Assembly: GCA_015680685.1 (NCBI GenBank) | Contig: MNCI01001065.1 | Span: 1,805,612 to 1,869,611 of the forward strand | Source of the DNA: Gnetum montanum | Taxonomy: Eukaryota; Plantae; Gnetophyta | Length of the DNA: 64,000 nucleotides | Reading direction: 5' to 3' | Shown here: one piece after another, positions 12,254 to 23,227 of the stretch | How positions within the stretch are numbered: the stretch's first letter is position 1 | Layout of the letters: every line of letters starts with the position of its first letter | Made by a program: the position numbers and the translations under genes | Notes under the pieces: model-generated | Seen by the model: only the letters and a program-made list of their open reading frames with translations | The model's database searches: none | What the model was told of the DNA's origin: nothing

Positions 12254-15200
12254 TTACGCATCCCCTCTAGCACCACTGTCTCCCGTATCCCTTAACTCTG
12301 CCTCTAAGCCTAGCAAATCGTCTTCATATCGGCCGTCCCTTTTAGGAAGTATTCCCTCATGAGGAATGTCACCTTCACAGGGTTCTTCCACTAAAAATTG
12401 CTCTCCAAAGTGATGACCTGCGTCAATACACTCTCCTCCCTAAACGTACACCTCATCCTATTCACCTTCTTCGTTTGTTTCTTGTAACTACATACAACAA
12501 GTATATTAGCAAAAGCCATGATAGGACAATTCAGAAAATTCAAATTCAATAACATTAAAACTCACTCGCGATGGCCCTGCATCCACAGCAAAGGGGAGTT
12601 GATCTAAGCCGACCCATAGACGTTGCATAATCTTGTCTTCAGTCAACTCAGACCAAACCCTGTTCCTCAAATTAGTTCCAGCCTTAACCTTCCCCTTCTC
12701 CACACTAGTCCACCGAGGTGGTTCAAGGAAGAAGGTAGGGACTGTGGTCTCTCCCCCAAGAAGAGTAATTTCTCTTTCCAAGGACGTGCTCACCGTCACC
12801 TGCTCCTGGAACTTCTCGAAGACCTCAGACACACCAATGACATCGAGGAACAATCGCAAAGATTGAGCTTCAACGGCAGAATCTCAATAATGCTGCTGAT
12901 AAGCGATACTTTCTCGCTTATACAGATGCTTATGATCTTTTTGCTTCTACCCCCACTCTTGGACACTTGCACAAAAGTCCTTCCAGTCTTGATTCTTCTA
13001 GGCTAGGAGCTCCATCTACATCCTTTGCTCGACCAATTCATGACTGGTTTGTACGCTGTTTCTGACTACAGTCCAGTAGCCAGTGTAGTCAATGACAGCT
13101 GTCCGCCAGTCCTCTTCACCCATTCCTCGAGCTCGTAAGAATTCACATCACGACCTTAAATCTTCGACCTCTCTGGTCAGAGACATCCTTTCCTTCTCTG
13201 ATCTCTGCAGCTTCTTCCAGAGGTCTTCATTGACATTCTGACTTTCCCACAAGGAGCGTGTCGAACGTAACGCACATTTACGCATTTCTTCGTAAATGTT
13301 GCGTGGCACAACCGTTCCTTCCAATGAGGGTTCGATGGTGTCCAGGTCAATGGGCTCCGTAGAGTCCCATTGAAGGTGAGCTCCTGATGACAAATATTAG
13401 GTCAAACGTAATTAAGTACTGTAACCTTATAACAAAATAAGCATACGATAGCTACAACATACCAGCCCCAAGATCGACGCGTTCTAAGCGCTCGATCATA
13501 TCACCGACGACGCCTTCCATAAAGGTAAATTTATCGGGGAATTCGCCCCACACTCTACTTACAATGGTGGACGGGGAATCACCTCGTTCATTTGTAGTAT
13601 AATTAAGTCAAAAATTTTGGCTAATAATAGAATCTCTTAAAAATTTTAATAGACTGATTACCTCTTCCTATCCCAGTGGGAAGTGCATCAACATTCTCGG
13701 CCTCCACTCTCTCTTCGCGCACAAGGATCTATGCGTCACTCACTCTAATAACTAGGGCCTCCTCTTCCAAAACTAGGGCCCCTTCCCCACACCGTAACAC
13801 CATCGCCCCTATCTCAGGGGTCAACCGCTCTGTAGGTCTCCCTGTTCATGCCATATAATACACTTAAATAATTCAAAATACCCTGAATAAGTTGCGTAAT
13901 ACAACAATTACCATAACTTTTACTGTATCCTCTCGCTTACCAAGTGGAAGTTTACTCCTCTAAAACCTAACCTGTACAATTCTACTTGCACCACCTGTCA
14001 GCTCCACAAGCACCTCAATTAGACGAGGCCTTTTTCATTGAACCGAAGCGTCTACTATTTCTGCCGCCAGGCATTTTCCCCGTGACGCATCCCCGGTGTA
14101 AGAGGGAAGTGCCCCATCTACGCTGTCAGAGCCTCGCGTTCGAGGTGCCGCCACATTCCTAATCGTTATAGAAAGTGACTCCCCAATTCCCTCTGGAGGA
14201 TCCTGTGATCAGGTAGTGCCGAAGAGGTGGGAGATCCAGGGTTTGGATAACTAGTCTCGGTCATGTTGCACCCAGACCCCATTCCTCTGGACCACCAAAA
14301 ATTTGGCAAAACGTAGGAGGCAAGCTAGGAAAAAGGTGAAGTGCACATTGAAATGGGACTCGAGCTTTTGGTAGAGCCTGATCATTTCAGTGTGTAACCC
14401 TTCAGCAAAATAGCTCGCCCAATCAAATTGGGTCCCTTCCTCTATCACCTCTCACATGATACGGGCCTATTCTATGGTGAAGAACTTCCCCTACGAGAGT
14501 GTTCTGGGGAAGGCCCGGGCTCGGAAGAGGGGATAAATGGTCTTGGCAACCTCCAACTCGATCTTTTCACAAGGAATGCCCTTCGTGTCCTTCTTAGTCC
14601 CCAGCCACTCCTCCATCTCTTCCTGAAATTTGAGGCTTCTCCTCGACTTTTCTTCTATGGGAAGACCATCAGAGGGGACGTCAAAAAGGTCAGTAAACAA
14701 CTAAGCGTCAATGTCAAAATGTACACGCACATTATGCATGCGCGTGCAAAAACGTTCAGCCCCCTCGCTGAAGGAGTTAACCAGGATTAGCATTTCACTT
14801 ATGGGGACATCGAGGGTTATAGCCAGAAACAAATGCATCAGCCTCGCCTCCCGTAGCTTAGTGACCAACACAGTTGGAGCCGCTGCGTGGCCGAGCCAGT
14901 GTTGTGCTTCCTTTATGTTGCCATAACGGAAGAGGAGGGTGTTCGCCTCACGGCCGGAAATCATGATGGTAACTTCCCAAGATTTCCTAACTGATAACAC
15001 AAGTCAAGATAGCAAAGACAATGTTATACAACATTTCAAANNNNNNNNNNNNNNNNNNNNNNNNNNNNNNNNNNNNNNNNNNNNNNNNNNNNNNNNNNNN
15101 NNNNNNNNNNNNNNNNNNNNNNNNNNNNNNNNNNNNNNNNNNNNNNNNNNNNNNNNNNNNNNNNNNNNNNNNNNNNNNNNNNNNNNNNNNNNNNNNNNNN

Positions 15201-16093
15201 NNNNNNNNNNNNNNNNNNNNNNNNNNNNNNNNNNNNNNNNNNNNNNNNNNNNNNNNNNNNNNNNNNNNNNNNNNNNNNNNNNNNNNNNNNNNNNNNNNNN
15301 NNNNNNNNNNNNNNNNNNNNNNNNNNNNNNNNNNNNNNNNNNNNNNNNNNNNNNNNNNNNNNNNNNNNNNNNNNNNNNNNNNNNNNNNNNNNNNNNNNNN
15401 NNNNNNNNNNNNNNNNNNNNNNNNNNNNNCCCTGTGTAGAACCGACTAACAAATTTTTCAAAATGGCTGCAGCCACATCGCCCAACAAATGCGACCAAAT
15501 GATGATGCTGTAGTTACACAACAAAAACTACAAAAAATCTAGCGCATCCTTCTGGAACCATATTGCTTTCCCCTATAGACGAGTTTGAGGGGGAGGAACA
15601 TTGGCTACGGGAGGGTTTATACAACACAAAACCCCGACTATGTCCAAAACAATTAGGACAGGTTTCACCATTATGCTGTACAGAACATAAACACATTACC
15701 ATCAGACAAAAGACTAAATCTAGATTTCATTGCATGCTTAGGCAAACTATAGGAAAACTACAAATTACGCTTTAGCCATGCAGCCAAAATCGCTTAAACC
15801 CTTGCAACAGTGCAAGGTTTTTCTCAGACAATGGCGATAGACACAATACCGCTATCTAAACCCTTGTTTTAATACAAGGTCTATATCCCAAAACTCTAAT
15901 TTATGCAGATAACTCAAAAGAATTAAAATATATATATCACCGAAAGCAATGCGAATAAGTGAGAGATGGCCTACTGTTTCAAGGGAGTAACATCTCGTAC
16001 TTCGACCAAAGCCTACGAAGCGCGCTACAGACTCCCTTGCACTTCATCGATTTTCGCCAATTTGGCATTCTTTCCTCTCACCTTCGGTGCCAT
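12254..16093 (-). pseudogene. Antisense 8-exon accessory gene of element A (FCP1/HAD-like, PMD-like, coiled coil); exon 3 lies in the N gap
   Basis: Inferred exons: 16093-15975, 15675-gap, 14990-13941, 13841-13662, ~13591-13463, 13383-12566, 12487-12254. GT-AG borders except one decayed acceptor near 13591; colinear at protein level with 27222-31615. Confidence 0.85.
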
Positions 16094-16567
16094 AGTTACA
16101 GTTCTATAAACCTTCACAAATAACGCATTGCTATCTTTTGCTCTTTTTCCCTCTCTCTGTGACAGCTGAATTTAAATTCGTAATAGCCAACAACCTGTTT
16201 TCGATAAGAACCGTCTACTTATAACATGCAAGACTAACCGACTTGACGCCTGATTAAAGCAGGGCTTGCCCAAACGCTGGTGTCAGCATGAGCTGGAACC
16301 CAAAGATTAGGGCATTAATGTGGTAGATATCACATGCATTACGGTCCGAAACGACCTTAAACTACTACACCTTATCACTTCGTAATCGGGTCACATTAAT
16401 TACAGGCTATTCACGGTATTCAAAATTTAGTTAGCTCTTCACGCTCGACAATGTCATAACATACCTTTTCAAACTACACCAAGCATCATACACTAATACT
16501 TACGACATTTAACTTAGCATTTTCCTAATCACTTTCATATTTGGCAATTTTGCAGGACAGTTAGCAA

Positions 16568-19160
16568 ATGGACGCAACTCTATCTGCACCCCTAGCCTTA
16601 ACAGGCCCACATGGGGGAATCATTAGAAAATTTGATCTCATACTAGTAGAAACTAACCTTTCTCTCAATGATGCAACCATAGCCACGTCAAAAACGTCTC
16701 TAGACTGGCCAGAACAATCGACGCGCACACTAGATCTAGAGGCTGGAGATGTAACCGAAGACCCCCTCAACGAGGTCCCTGTGGTTACGCATAAAGGTGA
16801 GAAAAAAACTCTTAAGCTTAGTTCTTTACTGGACCAAAAGGCACATGACAATATAAAATAGGTACTTCAGAATAACGTCACAGTATTCACATGGTCATAT
16901 GAAGATATGCTGGGACTAGATCCAAGGCTAATACAACACAACATAATTCTAGACCCCCAAATTAAAGCAATTAGACAAAAAGCATGGAAAATTAAGCCAG
17001 AATTCATGCTAGCAGTACGTGATGAGATCACTAAACTGTACTAGGCTGGTTTCATCCACGCAGTCGATTACTCAGATTGGGTATCTAACATTGTAGTTGT
17101 CCCTAAGAAGACCGGAGGGATACGCATCTGCATAGACTTCCAGGACTTGAACAAAGCCACAATCAAGGACAATTTCCCGCTACCTATATGAAAGTAGTAG
17201 GATAGCTCGTTGGAAAGCTATTACGCACAACCTATATGAAAGTAGTAGGATAGCTCGTTGGAAAGCTATCACGGCAAAATTCGATCTGCATTACATTGGT
17301 CAATCTTCTACGAAAGGCCAAGCATTAGCCGACCAACTAATGACATCACCTATTGACAGTATGGCGATGATAGAGCCTGAATTTCCCGACGAACATGTAC
17401 ATAGTCTAAGCCCTGTTCTAACAAGCCTCGAAGCAACATTACATTTTGACAGAGCTTTAACCGCTAGAGGCGGCAGTGTCGCCATGGTCATTACGCTGTC
17501 ACCTGAGGATGTACGTCTACACGCCTACCGCTTGACCTTCCCCTGTACGAACAACGTGGCAGAATATGAGGGGCTCCTCAGGGGACTATCAACAGTTAGA
17601 GAGCTTAACGTTCAACACCTGGTGATTAGGGGCGATTCGATGCTCGTGATAAATCAAATCACAGGAGTCTACGCCTATAAGGCTGTACATTTACAGCCCT
17701 ACTGCGATATGGCTAAAGATCTTCTGAAACAGTTCACAACAACCGATGTCCAACACGTGCCTCGAAATGACAACACGCTAGCCGATGCACTAGCTACATT
17801 AGCATTGAATGTGACGCCGCATCTGTTTGAAACTTGTCCCACCTTAATGACAAAGTGTGTAGATCCTGTCATTCAGACAATGCAAATATCCTCACTGCTC
17901 ACGGATAGAACGCTAGAGTGGTACGATAACATTAAAACTTACCTTCTGCATGGCGAGCCACCACACGAGCTAACGCGTGCACAAAAGGATGCAATCCGCA
18001 AGCGAGCTAGGCAATACATCATTATAGGAGATAGTACCCTTTGTAGATGCTCTTTTGATGGAGTATTTCTTACTTGCATTAACAAAGACTAAGCATAATG
18101 TATAGTCGGCGAAGTTCACGAGGGACTGTGTGGAAGACACATAGCTCCACGGGCCATGGCCGCTAAAATCTGTCACTTAGGGTATTATTGGCCGTATGTG
18201 GAAAAAAACTATCTTACAAAGGTTAAAATATATGACACGTGTCAGCGTTACATGAACCTTATACATGTGTCGCCTACGAAACTACACACGATGCAGATTA
18301 CATGGCCCTTCCAACGATGGGGATTAGACATTATAGGGCCTATCGCACCAAAATCTTCTACAAGACACAGCTTCATAATCACCACTACTGAGTATTTCAC
18401 GAAGTGGGTTGAAGCCATCCCTTTACGAAAGATCACATCTCAACAGATCTGCCATTTCATTTTGGACAACATCGTAACCAGATCTGGCCTCCTGATGACT
18501 ATCGTGATCGACAATGGGCCACAATTTAGCAGTGTGGAAACCAAATCTTTCTGTGATAGCCTTGGTATCAAACAATATTTTTCCTCACCTTACTACCCGG
18601 AAGAGAATGGTCAAGCTGAAGCAACAAATAAGGTCATTATCAATTTTCTCAAGAAAATGCTCAGCAGTAACAAAAGACGATGGCATGAAAAGATCCTCTA
18701 TGTGCTATGGGCGTATCGTACCACATGTAGAACAGCTACAGACAATACACCCTATAGCCTAGTCTATGGATCTGAGGTGGTGCTACCCCTCGAATTATAA
18801 GTTCCTTCTCTGCGGATGGTCCTCTCCACGATTATAAATGATACTCAACACACCGAGTCTCGGATCATGGATTTAGACTCAGTAGAGGAGAAGCGAATAC
18901 AGACGCTTGATACCATCAAAAAGTATAAAGATAAGCAGAGGCAGAAGCACCGTCATAATCTTCAACAACGTCCAATCAAGAAGGAAGATTTGGTTCTCAA
19001 GGTCGTTCGCGAACCAGTAGGAAAATTCTCTGCAAACTTGGAGGGCCCTTTCTTAGTAGCCGATGTGTATGGCAACGGTGCATTCAAGCTAGTAGACATC
19101 AACGAAAATGAGTTATCAAATCCCGTGAACCATATATACCTAAAGCGGTACTAGATCTAG
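16568..19160 (+). pseudogene. pol: pol of element A: RT N-terminus only (core deleted), RH remnant, archaeal-type RNase H, integrase
   Basis: WVSNIVVVPKKTGGIRICIDFQDLNKA..KDNFPLP jumps straight to LYESSRIARW; aRH LHFD...CTNNVAEYEGLL...GDSMLV; INT WPFQRWGLDIIGP, IDNGPQF, NGQAEATN, GPF. Confidence 0.93.
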
Positions 19161-19189
19161 CTACATATCCAGTGTTAACATCAGGCGTA

Positions 19190-19570
19190 ACAATCGTCCG
19201 CTACGACATAAAACTAGCAGTGTTGTACAGGTCCGCCAAGACATAAAACTGGCATTTCCTGCACACGTCCACCAAGATGCTAAACTGGCATCGGCTGTCC
19301 GCCATGACATAAACTGGCAAAGGTAAGCATCCATCTACTGAGACATAAAACTAGCACAGACTTGTCCCTGGGTCACGACATGAAACTAACATCCACAACA
19401 TGGTCTACTGAGACCATAAAGCAGCTCTACCGCCGTCTGCTACGACGTAAAACTAGCATTTTTCAGTCTGCCCAGACTTTAAACTGGGACCATGGTCTAC
19501 TGGGACTTAAAACCAGCAACAACAGTCTACCAAGACTTAAAACTAGGACCTACAGACTGCCAACATACAA
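19190..19570 (+). repeat. Degenerate tandem repeat array (~30-45 bp units) in the 3' UTR of element A
   Basis: About ten copies of GTC(C/T)(G/A)C(T/C)A(C/A)GAC(A/G/T)TAAAACT(A/G)GCA. Confidence 0.85.
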
Positions 19571-20701
19571 ATCAAGCGAGCGTAAATGTCTTTGTGCAGC
19601 TGCAAAATGAACAGGGTGGGATGTTGGGATAGTCCCAATATCGCTACTTCGCGGGCATTCTGCTGATTCCTCAGATATGTTGAAAGGCATACTATTGATC
19701 CCTCAGAGATGCCGCCACTGCACCCACTTTAGCGGTGGCACCTCTAAGAGGTTAGTTTCACCGTCTGAAGCCCCAAAGGAGTTCTCATCAACCACGGCCT
19801 TGGGGATCTCTGCTCATCATCACTATCAGACTCTAGCTTCACAGATTCACCTAGCTAGTTCTTTACATAACCAGTTGGGTGCGATGAGTCTAATTTTTTT
19901 GGCGGTATGCTAGGCCGAGCATCAACATTGAGACCCTGGCCTCTTGCTATGGTCCCTTGCCCATGGCCGGCTCACTCTTTCTCACCCTGGACGGTACTTG
20001 TTTCAACAACTTCTTCGGCGATTCGGTTGAGCAATGGTGTCCTCTGTTTTCTTCTTTGATTGCAGGTTACTTGCTACGAGGACATCATTCAAAAGTACAT
20101 TCACCTGAGCAGTGAAGTACAGACAGTGTTTTGTGATGGCCGCTTAGGTTAGCCTGTCTACTTAGGAGTGCAACCCTATCTTCCTCATAATCCTAACTCT
20201 TGCTCCTATTCCTCTCCTTGGTCATTCCATTTGTTTTCCTTGTACAAAATATGAATACGCAATATACGCTTTCTGCATTTGCATTACAATCAAGTCCATG
20301 AACTGGCGCAACGCAACTCGCCTAGTGGGCACCAAAAAAAAGTCGGCAAAATGGATGAAAAAAAACCCATCCAGGCCGTGCAGACGTAACAGAATTCGTC
20401 TATGCAAGCCCCTTTATCTACAATATGATGGTATAACCTCATGCAAATGCAATCGTAGGAGAAAGCCTGATCTCTTATGTGCGAAAAGCCATACTCACAT
20501 ACTTGAGCCTTCCCCGAACCTCTCTCTTCTTGCCTCTATAAGAATTCCCTCCTGTACCATTTTATCTTCAATTCTCCTCACTTCTGCACTTCCTGAGTAA
20601 TCGTCGATGGACGTTGTTGGTACTTTTACCCATCCAATGTTTCATATTCTTTGTCGACGTCTTTCGGGCAAGCCCTCTAAATGTCAACAAAGAGGGGCCA
20701 T

Positions 20702-22286
20702 TGAAACACCGTGAGAATTGCGAATCGGCCTAGGGCAAAAATTCACGATTCAGGCAAAAGTTTGCAGCAAAAATCCAGAAGATAGAACAAGGTAAAGAGG
20801 CATGCAGCATCAAGTCTCCAAGTTTCTTAAAAATTCCAACTTTGTTTTGTTTTCTCTCTTTACACCACATTACGCAACATAGCATCATGTCACTCGGCGT
20901 AATTCTGCTTAATGTAGCGCGATATTGGAAGATAGCTTACTTCGACGAATACGACAAATTTTAAGGCCTAAGCAGCGGACTACAACTTGTCGCATATTCC
21001 ATCAAGTCTTTTGTTTAGGACTAAATTTACGCTCCATTACGCAGAGCAGCGTAATGAGCTTCAAGGAAGTCAAAGTCAGAGTCTAAAGGAGCACGGCAGA
21101 TTGACTTCTTCCTTTTGCAGATTGATCGCTTTACACTTATTATGCTACGCAGCATAAACAAGTGTCACTTATTGTGAGGTTAACCATTTTTATGCTCCAT
21201 TATGCTTTGCAGCGTAAATTAGCGCAAAGCAGCTTGAGTTAACTACCTTTATGCTCTATTACGCTCTACCACGCTATACAGCATAAACAAGTGTAATACA
21301 GTATAAAGTTAGCTAAGGCAGTACTAGATACACACCTGCTATCCATACACAGCAATACGCTTATCAACGTATCATAGCGTAACCATGAGGTGGCTTCAAC
21401 AGGAGTGGTTTACAGTGTACTTCACCCCNNNNNNNNNNNNNNNNNGCATGACCAGCTTTAACATAAAAATTGTCAAGTCAACGATATTTTGAAAGTTCGA
21501 GACACGTGTCATCAAGTTTGTGCCTTCCCACGTGATGCTAAACTTATAAATACTCCAATTGGCGGAGGCAAAAGGGGGATTTTTTCTTCTTTTGAAGGAT
21601 GGAAGACATTGTTTGAGCATTGGCAGCAAGAGCAATCAGTCTTTTGGTGAAAATACTATCCCCTTCATTGGCGATCATTAGTAGCTTTAAGCAAAGACTA
21701 TTGAAGGCAAAAGGAGCAGATCAGAGATCAAGAGATCATCTAGTATGATTGGCAAGGTTTATTGATCAGAAACAGTTGATTGATAAACATCCAGGCTTGA
21801 CCTTCCTTGCATTCCACTTTTGGCTTACAAAGTAGATCAAACTTCATTCTGTACTCCCTTTTGAACAGTTTTCTTGTTGTTTTGTGTATACTTCGCACAA
21901 AGATAAGCGAAGTCTGCCGTTGGAACGTTGTATGCAATATATTCAGCTTTCGAGTCAAAACATAGATATTGGAATTACGCATCTCTTCTAAATCTGATCT
22001 TCCTTGTTGTGTTGACGTTGTCATTATTTCAAGTTCTTTACATTATTTTCTACTCCTTCTATGATTCATCGAATTAATTCGTTTCATGGAATATATATAT
22101 AATACATATACTATCGTGATATTCGATAATTTACTGATTAAGTAAGTCCCTGTCTGATCGACAAAATCGTTTAGGGCACCTTGGATTCATTTTCTCCAGC
22201 ACAACCCTCGCACAGATCCGTGGTTAAGACTGTGTACACGAATCTTCGCTTGGTATTTCCAACGACCGACATTTTCCGTCATTACA
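20702..22286 (+). repeat. 3' LTR of element A, preceded by the PPT AAAGAGGGG
   Basis: Direct repeat of 6147-7584, followed by the TSD CTAAT. Confidence 0.95.
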
Positions 22287-22759
22287 CTAATCACTGGGGA
22301 GGCTGTTGAAACAAGTGTTGTCCGAAGAGAAAAGAAGAGCGCAGGCCATGGATAAGGAACCGTAGCAAGAGGCATTGGTCCCTTTGTTGACACCGCAGCT
22401 CAGGAATTCGCCATCGACAACCAGATTCATCTTATCTGTCTGACTAGGAGAAGAGCTAGTCAAATGAATCTATGAAGCCAGAGTCTGGCGACGGTGACGA
22501 CTGGAGGCAACCAAGGCTATGGGTGACCATAGTTTCCTTGGGGCCCCAAGTGGCAAGGCTGACCCTAGGAGTTGTAATTACTGAGTGGTCACTATGGCAG
22601 CATCTCCGAGGGGTCAGTAGTATGCCTTTCGGCATATCCAAGGAATCAATAGGATGCCTGGAAGGTAGTGGCATTATGTCTATTCCAACACCCTACCCAT
22701 TCTATCTGATAGGGATGTCGTGCAAGAATGATTAGGCTCGCTTGCTTCATGGATCTATT

Positions 22760-23200
22760 GGCATATTCCAGTTTTAAGTCCTGGTAGATGGTTGTTGTTA
22801 GTTGTAAGTCCCAGCAAACCATGGTCCTGGTTTAAAGTTTGGGAAGACTGAAGCATGCTAGTTTTACGTTGTAGCGAACAACAAAAGAGCTAGTTTATGG
22901 TCCTAGCAGATCATGCTATGGGTGTCAGTTTCATGTCGTGACCCAGGGACAAGTCTATGCTAGTTTAACACCTCAGCAAACGAATGCTTACCTTGCCAGT
23001 TTCACGTCGTTGCGGACGATCGAAAACTTTGCTAGTTTAGTGTCATGGCGGACACATGCAGGAAATGCCAGTTTTACGTTGTAGCAGACATGTACAACAT
23101 CATCATTTTTACGTCATAGTGAACAATTGTTACAGCACCAGTTTTACGTCGTAGCGAACATTTATTATAGCACTAGTTTTACATTGTAGCAGACATTTGT
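22760..23200 (-). repeat. 3' UTR tandem repeat array of element B
   Basis: Repeated CAGTTTTACGT(C/T)GTAGC(G/A)(G/A)AC, the reverse complement of the unit in element A. Confidence 0.85.
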
Positions 23201-23227
23201 TACCTTGCATTTAAGCTGGGTTGTCGT

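Larger units (their letters stand above)
6147..22286 (+). mobile_element. Tat-lineage Ty3/gypsy LTR retrotransposon (element A), with both LTRs and an internal RT deletion
   Basis: Two TG...CA LTRs, a perfect 5-bp TSD CTAAT at 6142-6146 and 22287-22291, PBS, PPT, and gag, PR, aRH and INT motifs. Confidence 0.96.

Noticed and set aside
12254-16093. Antisense gene as an independent nested transposon or host gene
   Set aside because: It sits at the same position and relative orientation in two diverged elements and has no visible termini or TSD.
19190-19570. Repeat-spacer pattern resembling a CRISPR array
   Set aside because: The units are degenerate with very short spacers, the context is a eukaryotic retrotransposon 3' UTR, and there are no cas genes.
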